A stretch of 64,000 nucleotides of DNA from Treponema sp. (GCA_017449285.1 JAFSJX010000105.1:112687-176686); one strand, 5' to 3'. Counted from the first letter of the stretch, positions 6,859 to 13,936 are shown. Numbers and translations: made by a program. Notes: generated by a model not told the origin, from the sequence alone.

Positions 6859-7020
6859 GCAGAACTCTCAAGAAGAGCAGGACTTACACCGCAAAATTTA
6901 AATAGCAAATATACTGGCAACAAATTTAGCAACCATGATTTGGAAAAAATCGCCGAGGCTCTGAACTGTGAGCTTAAAATCTCTTTCATCGACAAAGACA
7001 CAAAAGAGCCGTTGATTTAA
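6859..7020 (+). pseudogene. 5'-truncated cassette HTH gene (cassette 4)
   Basis: Encodes AELSRRAGLTPQNLNSKYTGNKFSNHDLEKIAEALNCELKISFIDKDTKEPLI without the first ~17 codons or a start codon. An in-frame TAG lies 5 codons upstream, and the divergent promoter region is missing. Confidence 0.6.
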
Positions 7021-7036
7021 CTACTTACGTAAGTAG
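7021..7036. repeat. Hairpin of the ACTACT/AGTAGT family (variant CTACTT acgt AAGTAG)
   Basis: Perfect palindrome immediately after the stop of the truncated HTH gene. Confidence 0.7.
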
Positions 7037-7060
7037 TCGCCACAGCGAGTAGAAAAAAAA

Positions 7061-7086
7061 GGCAACTACTCACGTGAGTAGTTGCC
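7061..7086 (-). terminator. Rho-independent terminator of the HigBA-like operon; ACTACT/AGTAGT family
   Basis: ggcaactact cacgtg agtagttgcc. On the minus strand it is followed by T8 (7053-7060). Confidence 0.75.
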
Positions 7087-7108
7087 GCCTGTTCTTATTC
7101 CGTTTCTG

Positions 7109-7480
7109 CTACAAATACATAAAAAAATCAGCCGCATCGCAATCAAGTGCTTCTGCAAGTTTCTTTGCGTTCACCTTGCCGATTTTACGGCTTCCGTTTT
7201 CCATCTGCGAGATGTTGGGAACTGCGATTCCTGTCACCTCTGAAAGCTGCTTCTGCGTGATTCCCTTGTTTTCGCGCCGGATGGAAAGAACGTCAGCCGC
7301 CGTCATTTTTGATTCAATATCTTTCAGCACGGAACTTTCTTTTGAGCTTACAAAATCTTCGTCCGCATTTTCCTTAAACTGAATGTCGGGAAAAGTTCTT
7401 AAAAGGGCACTCTTCACCATTTCAAGCCCGTGCCCGTACATCGTAAAATCAATATGGTGCTTTCTCTCTACTACCTGCAT
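7109..7480 (-). CDS. Xre-HTH antitoxin (HigA-like)
   Basis: C-terminal HTH (GITQKQLSEVTGIAVPNISQMENG). GGAGGT lies 6 nt before the ATG at 7480. Overlaps the upstream toxin gene by 32 nt. Confidence 0.7.
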   Translation of the reverse strand: MQVVERKHHIDFTMYGHGLEMVKSALLRTFPDIQFKENADEDFVSSKESSVLKDIESKMTAADVLSIRRENKGITQKQLSEVTGIAVPNISQMENGSRKIGKVNAKKLAEALDCDAADFFMYL

Positions 7481-7715
7481 AAGTTACCTCCACAACGATA
7501 GAATTTTTCTCGCAATACCAGCAAGCTACCCAGTGATAGGAAAGATGACAATGATATTTGTCCTTTCCCAAATCGGAAAAGTTGCGCCAGCCTTTCTGTA
7601 TCGGGCCTTTTTTCTCCAGGTCCTTCACAAGCAGTGCGAACTTCTTTTGCTCCGCTTCGGGCATTTGCTCAACCTGCTTGTCAATCTTTCTTTTCCAAAT
7701 CACTTCGTACTGCAT
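7449..7715 (-). CDS. RelE/ParE-superfamily toxin (HigB-like; toxin gene first)
   Basis: 88 aa, small and basic, with RelE-like features (KKFALLVKDLEK, YHCHLSYHWVACW). Toxin precedes antitoxin, as in HigBA. Confidence 0.65.
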   Translation of the reverse strand: MQYEVIWKRKIDKQVEQMPEAEQKKFALLVKDLEKKGPIQKGWRNFSDLGKDKYHCHLSYHWVACWYCEKNSIVVEVTYAGSREKAPY

Positions 7716-7721
7716 GATTAA

Positions 7722-7750
7722 ACATTATCATTTTTTGATAATATTGTCAA
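7722..7750 (-). promoter_or_regulatory. Promoter of the HigB-like gene, predicted leaderless
   Basis: Minus strand reads TTGACA, 17 nt, TAATGT, 6 nt, ATG (7715). Confidence 0.55.
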
Positions 7751-7767
7751 TATCAAGGTATGTTCAC

Positions 7768-7797
7768 TTTACAAATTACCACTCATGCCCCCATAAT
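7768..7797 (+). promoter_or_regulatory. Promoter of 7804..8478, predicted leaderless
   Basis: TTTACA, 18 nt, CATAAT, 6 nt, ATG (7804). Confidence 0.45.
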
Positions 7798-7803
7798 GTC
7801 CGT

Positions 7804-8478
7804 ATGGCAACAAAAATAGTTCCGTCTTTTTCCGCAGCCCTCGCGGACACAAAAAAGAACATGCTCAAAGCAGGCATAGCCACCGTAAACATCGTGGCCG
7901 CAAACGCCCGCCGCTTCGCACAGGAAAACATAAAGCGCAACTTCACCACCCGCAACAGCTTCACCGTCAACTCCGTCCGCTTCACCCAGTGCCCCAAAAG
8001 CGCAAAACACTTCTCCGACATCAAAAGCGAGACAGGCATCACCGAAAAAGCCGGCTACATGGTCCGTCAGGAAACCGGCGGAATAAAGCGCAACCCCAAC
8101 GGCAAGAACCTGATTATCCCGAACACCCGCGCCCGCGGCGGCTCAAACAAAAACAAAGTTCAGAAACGCTATCATTACAATTCCATCATCAGAAATACAG
8201 TCAGCTGGACTTCACGCGGCGGAAGCCGAAAATCAAGACTTGTCGCAACCGCATTCATCGCATCAAGGCAGAAAAAATTTATTCGCATGAACAACGCATT
8301 TTTTCAAGTCACCAATTTCCGCAAAGGAAAAAGCAAAGTATCATTCAAACTCAAAGAAATCCTGAACTTGAAGTACCATACCACAGAAACCCCGCAGAAT
8401 CAGTGGCTTGAGCCGGCATCAGAAGCAGCCGCCAAAGATATGCAGTCAATTTTCAATTCACAGATGGACAAACTCTAA
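7804..8478 (+). CDS. Phage structural/morphogenesis-like protein, 224 aa (possibly HK97 gp10-like; uncertain)
   Basis: Basic protein with a phage neck/tail-completion character. It is on the opposite strand to all other late genes. The track start at 7558 was rejected in favour of MATKIVPS. Confidence 0.4.
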   Translation: MATKIVPSFSAALADTKKNMLKAGIATVNIVAANARRFAQENIKRNFTTRNSFTVNSVRFTQCPKSAKHFSDIKSETGITEKAGYMVRQETGGIKRNPNGKNLIIPNTRARGGSNKNKVQKRYHYNSIIRNTVSWTSRGGSRKSRLVATAFIASRQKKFIRMNNAFFQVTNFRKGKSKVSFKLKEILNLKYHTTETPQNQWLEPASEAAAKDMQSIFNSQMDKL

Positions 8479-8495
8479 CTACTCACGAAAGTAGT
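8478..8495. repeat. ACTACT-N6-AGTAGT hairpin
   Basis: actact cacgaa agtagt, overlapping the stop codon of 7804..8478 and ending 11 nt before the stop of hicB (8507..8509). Confidence 0.8.
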
Positions 8496-8506
8496 AGCCG
8501 CCAGTT

Positions 8507-8920
8507 TTACGCAATTCCCAATTCCCGCTTTAATGCCCCCTGTGTTATTGCGGAAACATTCAGTTTTGCGGCCGTTGCCATATCATCAAGCCATTGCGGA
8601 AGGGTAATATTTCTGCGAACGCTCTTCGACTTTTCCCTTAATCTGAAAGCCGCCAAATCCACATCAACAAGGGAAACAAAAGATTTCCCGTCCTCAAAAA
8701 ACGGACTGGACTTCAAATCAATATCATCAATTCTTTTTGCTGCAGGTATTTCAGAATCGGGAACATCAAAAAGAATATTGCCGATACAATCCTTTGCCAT
8801 TTCTATAGCATCAATAACCCCATATCCCTCTGTTGACCTATCAAGGTCGGGAATATGAACGAGAACAACATCTTTTTCGTCTTTAGTTTCTGTAAAAATA
8901 ACTGGATAAATAACCTTCAT
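8507..8920 (-). CDS. hicB: HicB-family antitoxin
   Basis: HicB-like N-terminal fold (MKVIYPVIFTE...VHIPDL) with a C-terminal RHH-like DNA-binding tail. Lies downstream of hicA. Confidence 0.8.
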   Translation of the reverse strand: MKVIYPVIFTETKDEKDVVLVHIPDLDRSTEGYGVIDAIEMAKDCIGNILFDVPDSEIPAAKRIDDIDLKSSPFFEDGKSFVSLVDVDLAAFRLREKSKSVRRNITLPQWLDDMATAAKLNVSAITQGALKRELGIA

Positions 8921-8966
8921 AAAACGCTCCTTACAAAAAGATTTGTCCGCCCTTTCGGCGGGCGGC

Positions 8967-9137
8967 TTACAGTTTCCATCTCCTTATGATGTCCTTTGCA
9001 AGGCTTTCTTTTATTTCTGAATGTCTTGGTACTGTCTCGCTGTCTTTTCCCCTTTTGTAGACATCGTGATTTCCCCCATGCCGTTCAAAAACAAAACCTG
9101 CTTTTTCAAGCCGTTTAATCAAATCTTTTCGTTTCAT
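8967..9137 (-). CDS. hicA: HicA-family mRNA interferase toxin
   Basis: MKRKDLIKRLEKAGFVFERHGGNHDVYKR is a classic HicA sequence. Start set at 9137, 6 nt after a TATAAT box. Confidence 0.8.
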   Translation of the reverse strand: MKRKDLIKRLEKAGFVFERHGGNHDVYKRGKDSETVPRHSEIKESLAKDIIRRWKL

Positions 9138-9143
9138 AATTCT

Positions 9144-9171
9144 ATTATACACATTATATACACATTGTCAA
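9144..9171 (-). promoter_or_regulatory. hicAB promoter, predicted leaderless
   Basis: Minus strand reads TTGACA, 16 nt, TATAAT, 6 nt, ATG (9137). Confidence 0.6.
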
Positions 9172-9196
9172 GCGTTATTTTAATTCCGTTTTGCAA

Positions 9197-9214
9197 ACTA
9201 CTTACGAAAGTAGT
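9197..9214. repeat. ACTACT-N6-AGTAGT hairpin
   Basis: actact tacgaa agtagt, between the TerL stop and the hicA promoter. Confidence 0.8.
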
Positions 9215-9217
9215 AAA

Positions 9218-11206
9218 TCACTCCGTATAGAACGCCCGCGTCTGCTTTGCGTATGCCCAGAACGCAGCCCAGTCCAATGAACGAAAACCCAGCTCGTGCC
9301 GGCAGATGTCATCGGCGAAAATCTCCAGCGCACCCTTGTTGTACACCCGCGTGTCAAAGGCATGGTTGTCTGCGCCGAATTTCTGCCGCCAGATAGTTTT
9401 CAGATATTTCCCCGTCCACTTATCGACAACCTCAACCTTTTCCTCAGCCTCGTACATCTTAAAATAATCATCGCCAAAGTCCTCCGGGAAATTAGGATAC
9501 CATGCCGGCTGCACCTGCCCGTCATTCCAAAAAAGCCGGTTCATCTCGTTCGCAATCCTGTCTTTCAGTGCGCCCGTGTTTATGTGGTAAGCAAGCGGAA
9601 GCCCGATTTGTTTGAGCGTCGCCGGCGCAAAAAGCTGATAAACCTGCCCGTCCTTGATCCACTCCTGACCCTTGCAGGCATACACGCCCGCCCTGAACTG
9701 TGCCACAAACGCATAGACCCAGCTCGTGTAATGCCCGGAGTCCACAAGCATAATCATAATCTTGTACTCCCTGCCCTCCTCATCAAAAAAAACACCGTTC
9801 GAGAAGATGTCAGAAAGCACATTCCACGGGCCGCCGAACTGCTCCGTAGCCCCCTCAATCCACTTAAAATCAATGCTGAAATTACAGCCACGCTCCGTAT
9901 AGCCCACGATGTCAAGATACAGCCCATTTTTCTGGACGTCCACGCTCGCCACAAGAATAAGAACGGGAGAGCCGCAGTCACGCTCCGCCATACGGTTAGG
10001 CACAAAACCACGCGCAAACCCAAACCGCCGGTAGCGCAACGCTCGCTCATACTTGACCGTCTCATGCTGCTCCTGAAACGGCAGCCCCTGCTTCAAGTTC
10101 CTGAACGCGCGGTATTTTTCTATGTCCTTCACGCGGTTATTTTTAATGTCCCATGCGAGCGACCACTGCTCCACATAGTCTTCCCAGCCGAACATACCCG
10201 GCGGATTGTATAAGGCCGTTATGTGGTAACTGACCGCACCAGACCGCGCAGGTCTGTCGTTTTCCGCCCGCCATTCGCCGTGCTGGATAATGTTCACCTT
10301 GTCATAATTTTTCATTATGCCGCCGCAAAAACGACACTTGTAGCCAACAGTCGCCAAAATAGGCATAAAGTGCTCGTCATTCTGCCAGACTATGCCTCCA
10401 ATCTGCTTACTCTTGTCATGCTCATCCCATACAGCCCATTCAAGCTTCTGCATCTTGCCGCAATACTTGCACGGCACATAATAATACCGTTCGTCTCCCT
10501 CATGGAACAGACGATTAATAAGCGACGTGCTTTCTTCTTTTGGCGTAGAGCCAATCACCAGCTTACTGTGATGCGGGTATGCGTCCTGACGCGCACTGAG
10601 CAGCGTGAACAAATCACCCTCGCCCTTAATCTTCGTCAGAAGCGCGTCCGCCTCATCCGCAAAAATAATCTTGTATGAGAAATTACGGAAACGGTTGCCA
10701 GACCCGCCGCCAAAAATACGAAGTGAGCCGCCCGGATATTGTTTGTGCATAGCCGTGTCGCCGGAGTCTCTAGCGGACTTTGCTTTTTTGTTCTGGCTTG
10801 CAAGCATAGGACGCAGCCCGCAGTTATCTATGCAGCTTTCAAGTTTTGTCTTCACGTAATCCCGCGACATCGTACCGTCCGGAAGCACCAAAGCCTGTTC
10901 CTCTGCGTCCGCACCCATAAAGTACATGAGCCCTGGTTCAAGCACCCCCGTCGTATAGCCGCACTGATTGCCTTTCATAACGAACACATACTTTGTCGGG
11001 TCTTGCGGGCTGAGCCTGTCCACAATCTCTTTGAAATACGGAAACTTCTCATAACTGAACTTTCCCGGAAAAGGAGACAGAGACTTGTCTATGTAGCGTA
11101 CCCGCTGTATGTACTCGCTCGGAAGCTGATACTCTTTTTTCTCTGTCAGCTTATCAAACTGCCCCATGAGAAAATCAACGTCACTCCCCTTGACCACCAC
11201 TTCCAC
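9218..11206 (-). CDS. terL: Terminase large subunit, GpA (lambda A) family
   Basis: 662 aa. The N-terminal ATPase region (MKGNQCGYTT) and overall sequence are typical of Terminase_GpA. GTG start with GAGAGG upstream. Confidence 0.85.
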   Translation of the reverse strand: MEVVVKGSDVDFLMGQFDKLTEKKEYQLPSEYIQRVRYIDKSLSPFPGKFSYEKFPYFKEIVDRLSPQDPTKYVFVMKGNQCGYTTGVLEPGLMYFMGADAEEQALVLPDGTMSRDYVKTKLESCIDNCGLRPMLASQNKKAKSARDSGDTAMHKQYPGGSLRIFGGGSGNRFRNFSYKIIFADEADALLTKIKGEGDLFTLLSARQDAYPHHSKLVIGSTPKEESTSLINRLFHEGDERYYYVPCKYCGKMQKLEWAVWDEHDKSKQIGGIVWQNDEHFMPILATVGYKCRFCGGIMKNYDKVNIIQHGEWRAENDRPARSGAVSYHITALYNPPGMFGWEDYVEQWSLAWDIKNNRVKDIEKYRAFRNLKQGLPFQEQHETVKYERALRYRRFGFARGFVPNRMAERDCGSPVLILVASVDVQKNGLYLDIVGYTERGCNFSIDFKWIEGATEQFGGPWNVLSDIFSNGVFFDEEGREYKIMIMLVDSGHYTSWVYAFVAQFRAGVYACKGQEWIKDGQVYQLFAPATLKQIGLPLAYHINTGALKDRIANEMNRLFWNDGQVQPAWYPNFPEDFGDDYFKMYEAEEKVEVVDKWTGKYLKTIWRQKFGADNHAFDTRVYNKGALEIFADDICRHELGFRSLDWAAFWAYAKQTRAFYTE

Positions 11207-11216
11207 AAAAACCTCT

Positions 11217-11236
11217 CACTACTCTCGTAAGTAGTG
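11217..11236. repeat. ACTACT-N6-AGTAGT hairpin between TerS-like and TerL genes
   Basis: cactact ctcgta agtagtg, with no T-run on either side. Confidence 0.8.
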
Positions 11237-11238
11237 CA

Positions 11239-12060
11239 TCACCTTCCGTCCTGCAAAACCTGTTCCACCATATCGCCCAAAGCATCATCATTCTTCTCCA
11301 GCATCTCGTATTTTCCCCGCAGAGAATTCAACTCGCTGGCAATATGTTCCTTTGCTCCCGCAATGCATTTTGTCAGGTTGTCGGAAAGCAAGTGTATAAC
11401 GCCACTACGCGCCCCTTCTCCATCAGCAACAACCATGGCAATGAGCGCATCACAAATACTTTCAGGCACGTCAAGCAACTGCCTCATCAGCGTGTCGATA
11501 TACCCGAACATACGCTGCGTCACAAAATCTTTCGGTATCTGCACCAACCGCCGCTCTTGTAATTTCTGCTCACGCTCATCCGCCGCAGACAAATCCCGCA
11601 GAATCTTACTGTATTTTTCCACATTATCCAAAGTTCCATGCCGCATTATCAACTGCCGGATAGTCATATTCAGCATTGCCCCAGCCGCACCAACAGCAGC
11701 CTGTTGATTTGCATTTACATTCCGTCGGCCACCATCGAGAAAAAAATCTTTTTCCCCGCTTCTGCTCTGGAGAGCGTCCGAAAAAACTGCGTTACCGCAT
11801 GACGCTCCATTCATTGAAGCGTCGCTGGAAAGCTGCGCAGAGGCGTTGTTCTCATTTGCCACCGCTGTTTCCATTTCGCGCAAAGACAATTTTTCTTTCA
11901 TTGCCGATTGTTTGCGCTCCATGTACGCTCTGTTCACCGGATTATCCGTGTCCAATTTCCGCCCGCTGTTGCGAATCAGCGTTCCGTTTTTTATTTTTTT
12001 AGACACCGCCATCGGCGAAACACCAGCCATCCGCGCAAATTCGGACGCAGATACTTCCAT
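11239..12060 (-). CDS. terS: Terminase small subunit-like DNA-binding protein
   Basis: N-terminal HTH (SEFARMAGVSPMAVSKKIKNG), positioned immediately upstream of TerL. ATG lies 6 nt after TAAAAT. Confidence 0.55.
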   Translation of the reverse strand: MEVSASEFARMAGVSPMAVSKKIKNGTLIRNSGRKLDTDNPVNRAYMERKQSAMKEKLSLREMETAVANENNASAQLSSDASMNGASCGNAVFSDALQSRSGEKDFFLDGGRRNVNANQQAAVGAAGAMLNMTIRQLIMRHGTLDNVEKYSKILRDLSAADEREQKLQERRLVQIPKDFVTQRMFGYIDTLMRQLLDVPESICDALIAMVVADGEGARSGVIHLLSDNLTKCIAGAKEHIASELNSLRGKYEMLEKNDDALGDMVEQVLQDGR

Positions 12061-12471
12061 ACAGCAATTTTAAACTAAGTTTTTAAACTTTACTATTCCC
12101 TATAAAACATTTTTTAAACTTGAATTTAAACATGGCACGCAATTTTACAAGAGCACCCGCCGCCGAATAATTGCGCATGGGTATACCCCTCTGGCAGTAC
12201 CTTTTGCAAAAAAAAAACTGTAATAGCATATAACATGAAAAACGTAACTTTGTAACATAAAAACATGCAAAAATCGTTTGTATTTACATATAAAAAATTT
12301 TTTAAATCAAAAAAATAAGAAAAAAAACAAATATAAAATTTTTTTTTCGTATAAACTAACCTATTATTAAAATATTTATGTTACAAAGTTACAAGTTAAA
12401 TATATATAATATAAAGATTTAGTATTTTAACCCCTAAAAAAACGCAAAAATAGAACAAGTTTAAAAAAAAA
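12061..12471. promoter_or_regulatory. Very AT-rich non-coding region; candidate cos/packaging and late-promoter region
   Basis: Long A/T homopolymer runs; a 15-bp perfect inverted repeat (GTAACTTTGTAACAT at 12244-12258 and 12378-12392); TTTAAAC repeated at least 5 times. Lies directly upstream of the TerS-like gene. Confidence 0.4.
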
Positions 12472-12499
12472 ACGGGACAACTTTAAACTGTCATCCCGT
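12472..12499 (-). terminator. Terminator of the integrase gene (bidirectional shape)
   Basis: acggga, 16 nt, tcccgt, flanked by A10 and T8 runs. Confidence 0.6.
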
Positions 12500-12523
12500 T
12501 TTTTTTAATTTTTTTTAAAATTT

Positions 12524-13666
12524 TCAGTCAAACAGGTTTTCGACCGCTTCTTTAGTTCCTAAAATACCCGCAAGACCGTCTTCCAGCGAAGCCCTCGTAT
12601 AGTAATCGGTCATTTTGTCGTCCGTATGCCCCACCAACTTGCGCACCGTTTCTATTGGAAGCGTCCGACGCATCTTTGTAACATAGGTGTATCTCAATGA
12701 GTGAGGGCTTAGTTTTCGCCCGTCCATGTCTATGCCCGCCTTTTTTATGGCAGATTTGAAGATTGAGCCTAAATATTCCTTTCGCAAGGGTTTATTTTCA
12801 TGTGTGAAAAGAAAATCCTCGGCGTTCTTATGCCACCGTGCGGCATAATCATGAATTTTTGCCATTACCTGCTCTGGAATCAACACAATTCGCGTCTTTT
12901 TGTCCGTCACAGAGCCTTTTTTGTTGAAATCCGTGCGTATTTCGCCCTCACGAAGAAAGCCGTCAATGACAAGCGCGTTCTTTTCCTGCAAAAACTGCTT
13001 CAAACGTATAGCACGGGCTTCACCAATGCGCAGACCCGCAACCGCAGAAACAAGAAAAAGCAAGTAGACCGTTTCCGCATCGACCGCTTTTCCGCTGAAA
13101 TTCTCGACATTGAAAAGTTTTTTAAGTTCTTCTGATGAAAAAATGTCCGTGTTTCCCTGTTTGCAGACAAAATGCGGAAATCGCGGGCGCAAAACCTGCA
13201 CTCCAAGCCATGCTGCCTCGTCAAAAATCTCATAAAAAATAGTGATATAACGTTTTTTCCAGCTACCAGAACGTTTCAAGCCGAAAAGATACGTGCCGAC
13301 ATCAGCCACCTTTATCTGCGTTATGTCGATTTCACCCCATTTTGCAATTATTTGTTCAACATAGCCACGCGCATCCCGCATAGTTTGTTCCGTAAGCGGT
13401 TTTCCGACCGCCTCACGCCTTTTCATGTGATCGCTTCCCGGCAAAAACATATTTCTGGCAATCTGATAGACACTCTTTGTTACCGCGTTTTCCGTGCTTT
13501 GTGACGGCAACTTTGACACAAAAGCCATAGCCTCAGCTTTTGTGGAGCAGTTTTTGCACACAATTTGCCTTTGAATACCGTTGTCAACATACCAACAATA
13601 CCATCTTTTTACTTTTTTTCCTTTTTTTCCGATAACGCTTTTCTGAAAGATATTATAATTCATCAT
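12524..13666 (-). CDS. int: Tyrosine recombinase / phage integrase
   Basis: C-terminal catalytic signature (HSLRYTYVTKM, VGHTDDKMTDYY). AAGGAG lies upstream of the ATG. Confidence 0.9.
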   Translation of the reverse strand: MMNYNIFQKSVIGKKGKKVKRWYCWYVDNGIQRQIVCKNCSTKAEAMAFVSKLPSQSTENAVTKSVYQIARNMFLPGSDHMKRREAVGKPLTEQTMRDARGYVEQIIAKWGEIDITQIKVADVGTYLFGLKRSGSWKKRYITIFYEIFDEAAWLGVQVLRPRFPHFVCKQGNTDIFSSEELKKLFNVENFSGKAVDAETVYLLFLVSAVAGLRIGEARAIRLKQFLQEKNALVIDGFLREGEIRTDFNKKGSVTDKKTRIVLIPEQVMAKIHDYAARWHKNAEDFLFTHENKPLRKEYLGSIFKSAIKKAGIDMDGRKLSPHSLRYTYVTKMRRTLPIETVRKLVGHTDDKMTDYYTRASLEDGLAGILGTKEAVENLFD

Positions 13667-13717
13667 GTCTCCTTAACATTTCATTAACATTAAAAAAATG
13701 CGTAGAAGAACAAAAAA

Positions 13718-13746
13718 AATAACTCCTTGCATAGCAAAGAGTTATT
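13718..13746 (-). terminator. Hairpin with T-run downstream of tRNA-Pro
   Basis: aataactc, 13 nt, gagttatt. On the minus strand it is followed by T8. Lies at the prophage/chromosome junction. Confidence 0.55.
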
Positions 13747-13748
13747 TG

Positions 13749-13822
13749 TCGGGCTAGCCGAATTCGAATCGGCGACCCCTTGCCCCCCAGACAAGTACGC
13801 TAACCAGCTGCGCTATAGCCCG
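13749..13822 (-). tRNA. tRNA-Pro (anticodon GGG)
   Basis: Manual cloverleaf fold: acceptor CGGGCUA/UAGCCCG, D-loop AGCUGGUUA, anticodon stem CUUGU/GCAAG, loop CUGGGGG, T-arm GCCGA-UUCGAAU-UCGGC. CCA is not encoded. Confidence 0.85.
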
Positions 13823-13936
13823 AAATGTATATGTACTATATAGAAAATCCTTATTTCTGTCAATGATAAAAAACACTTACATAAAGTCAAGAAATTCCGA
13901 TAATCAAAAAGAAGCCTTTATTCTTTGGGAGTCAAT

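Larger units (their letters stand above)
1..13748 (-). mobile_element. Lambda-like prophage or prophage remnant (integrase-proximal part; other end outside window)
   Basis: Contiguous minus-strand phage genes (gpE-like capsid, gpD-like decoration, ClpP-like protease, GpA terminase, TerS-like, tyrosine integrase). The integrase gene ends about 80 bp from the 3' end of tRNA-Pro. Confidence 0.8.
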
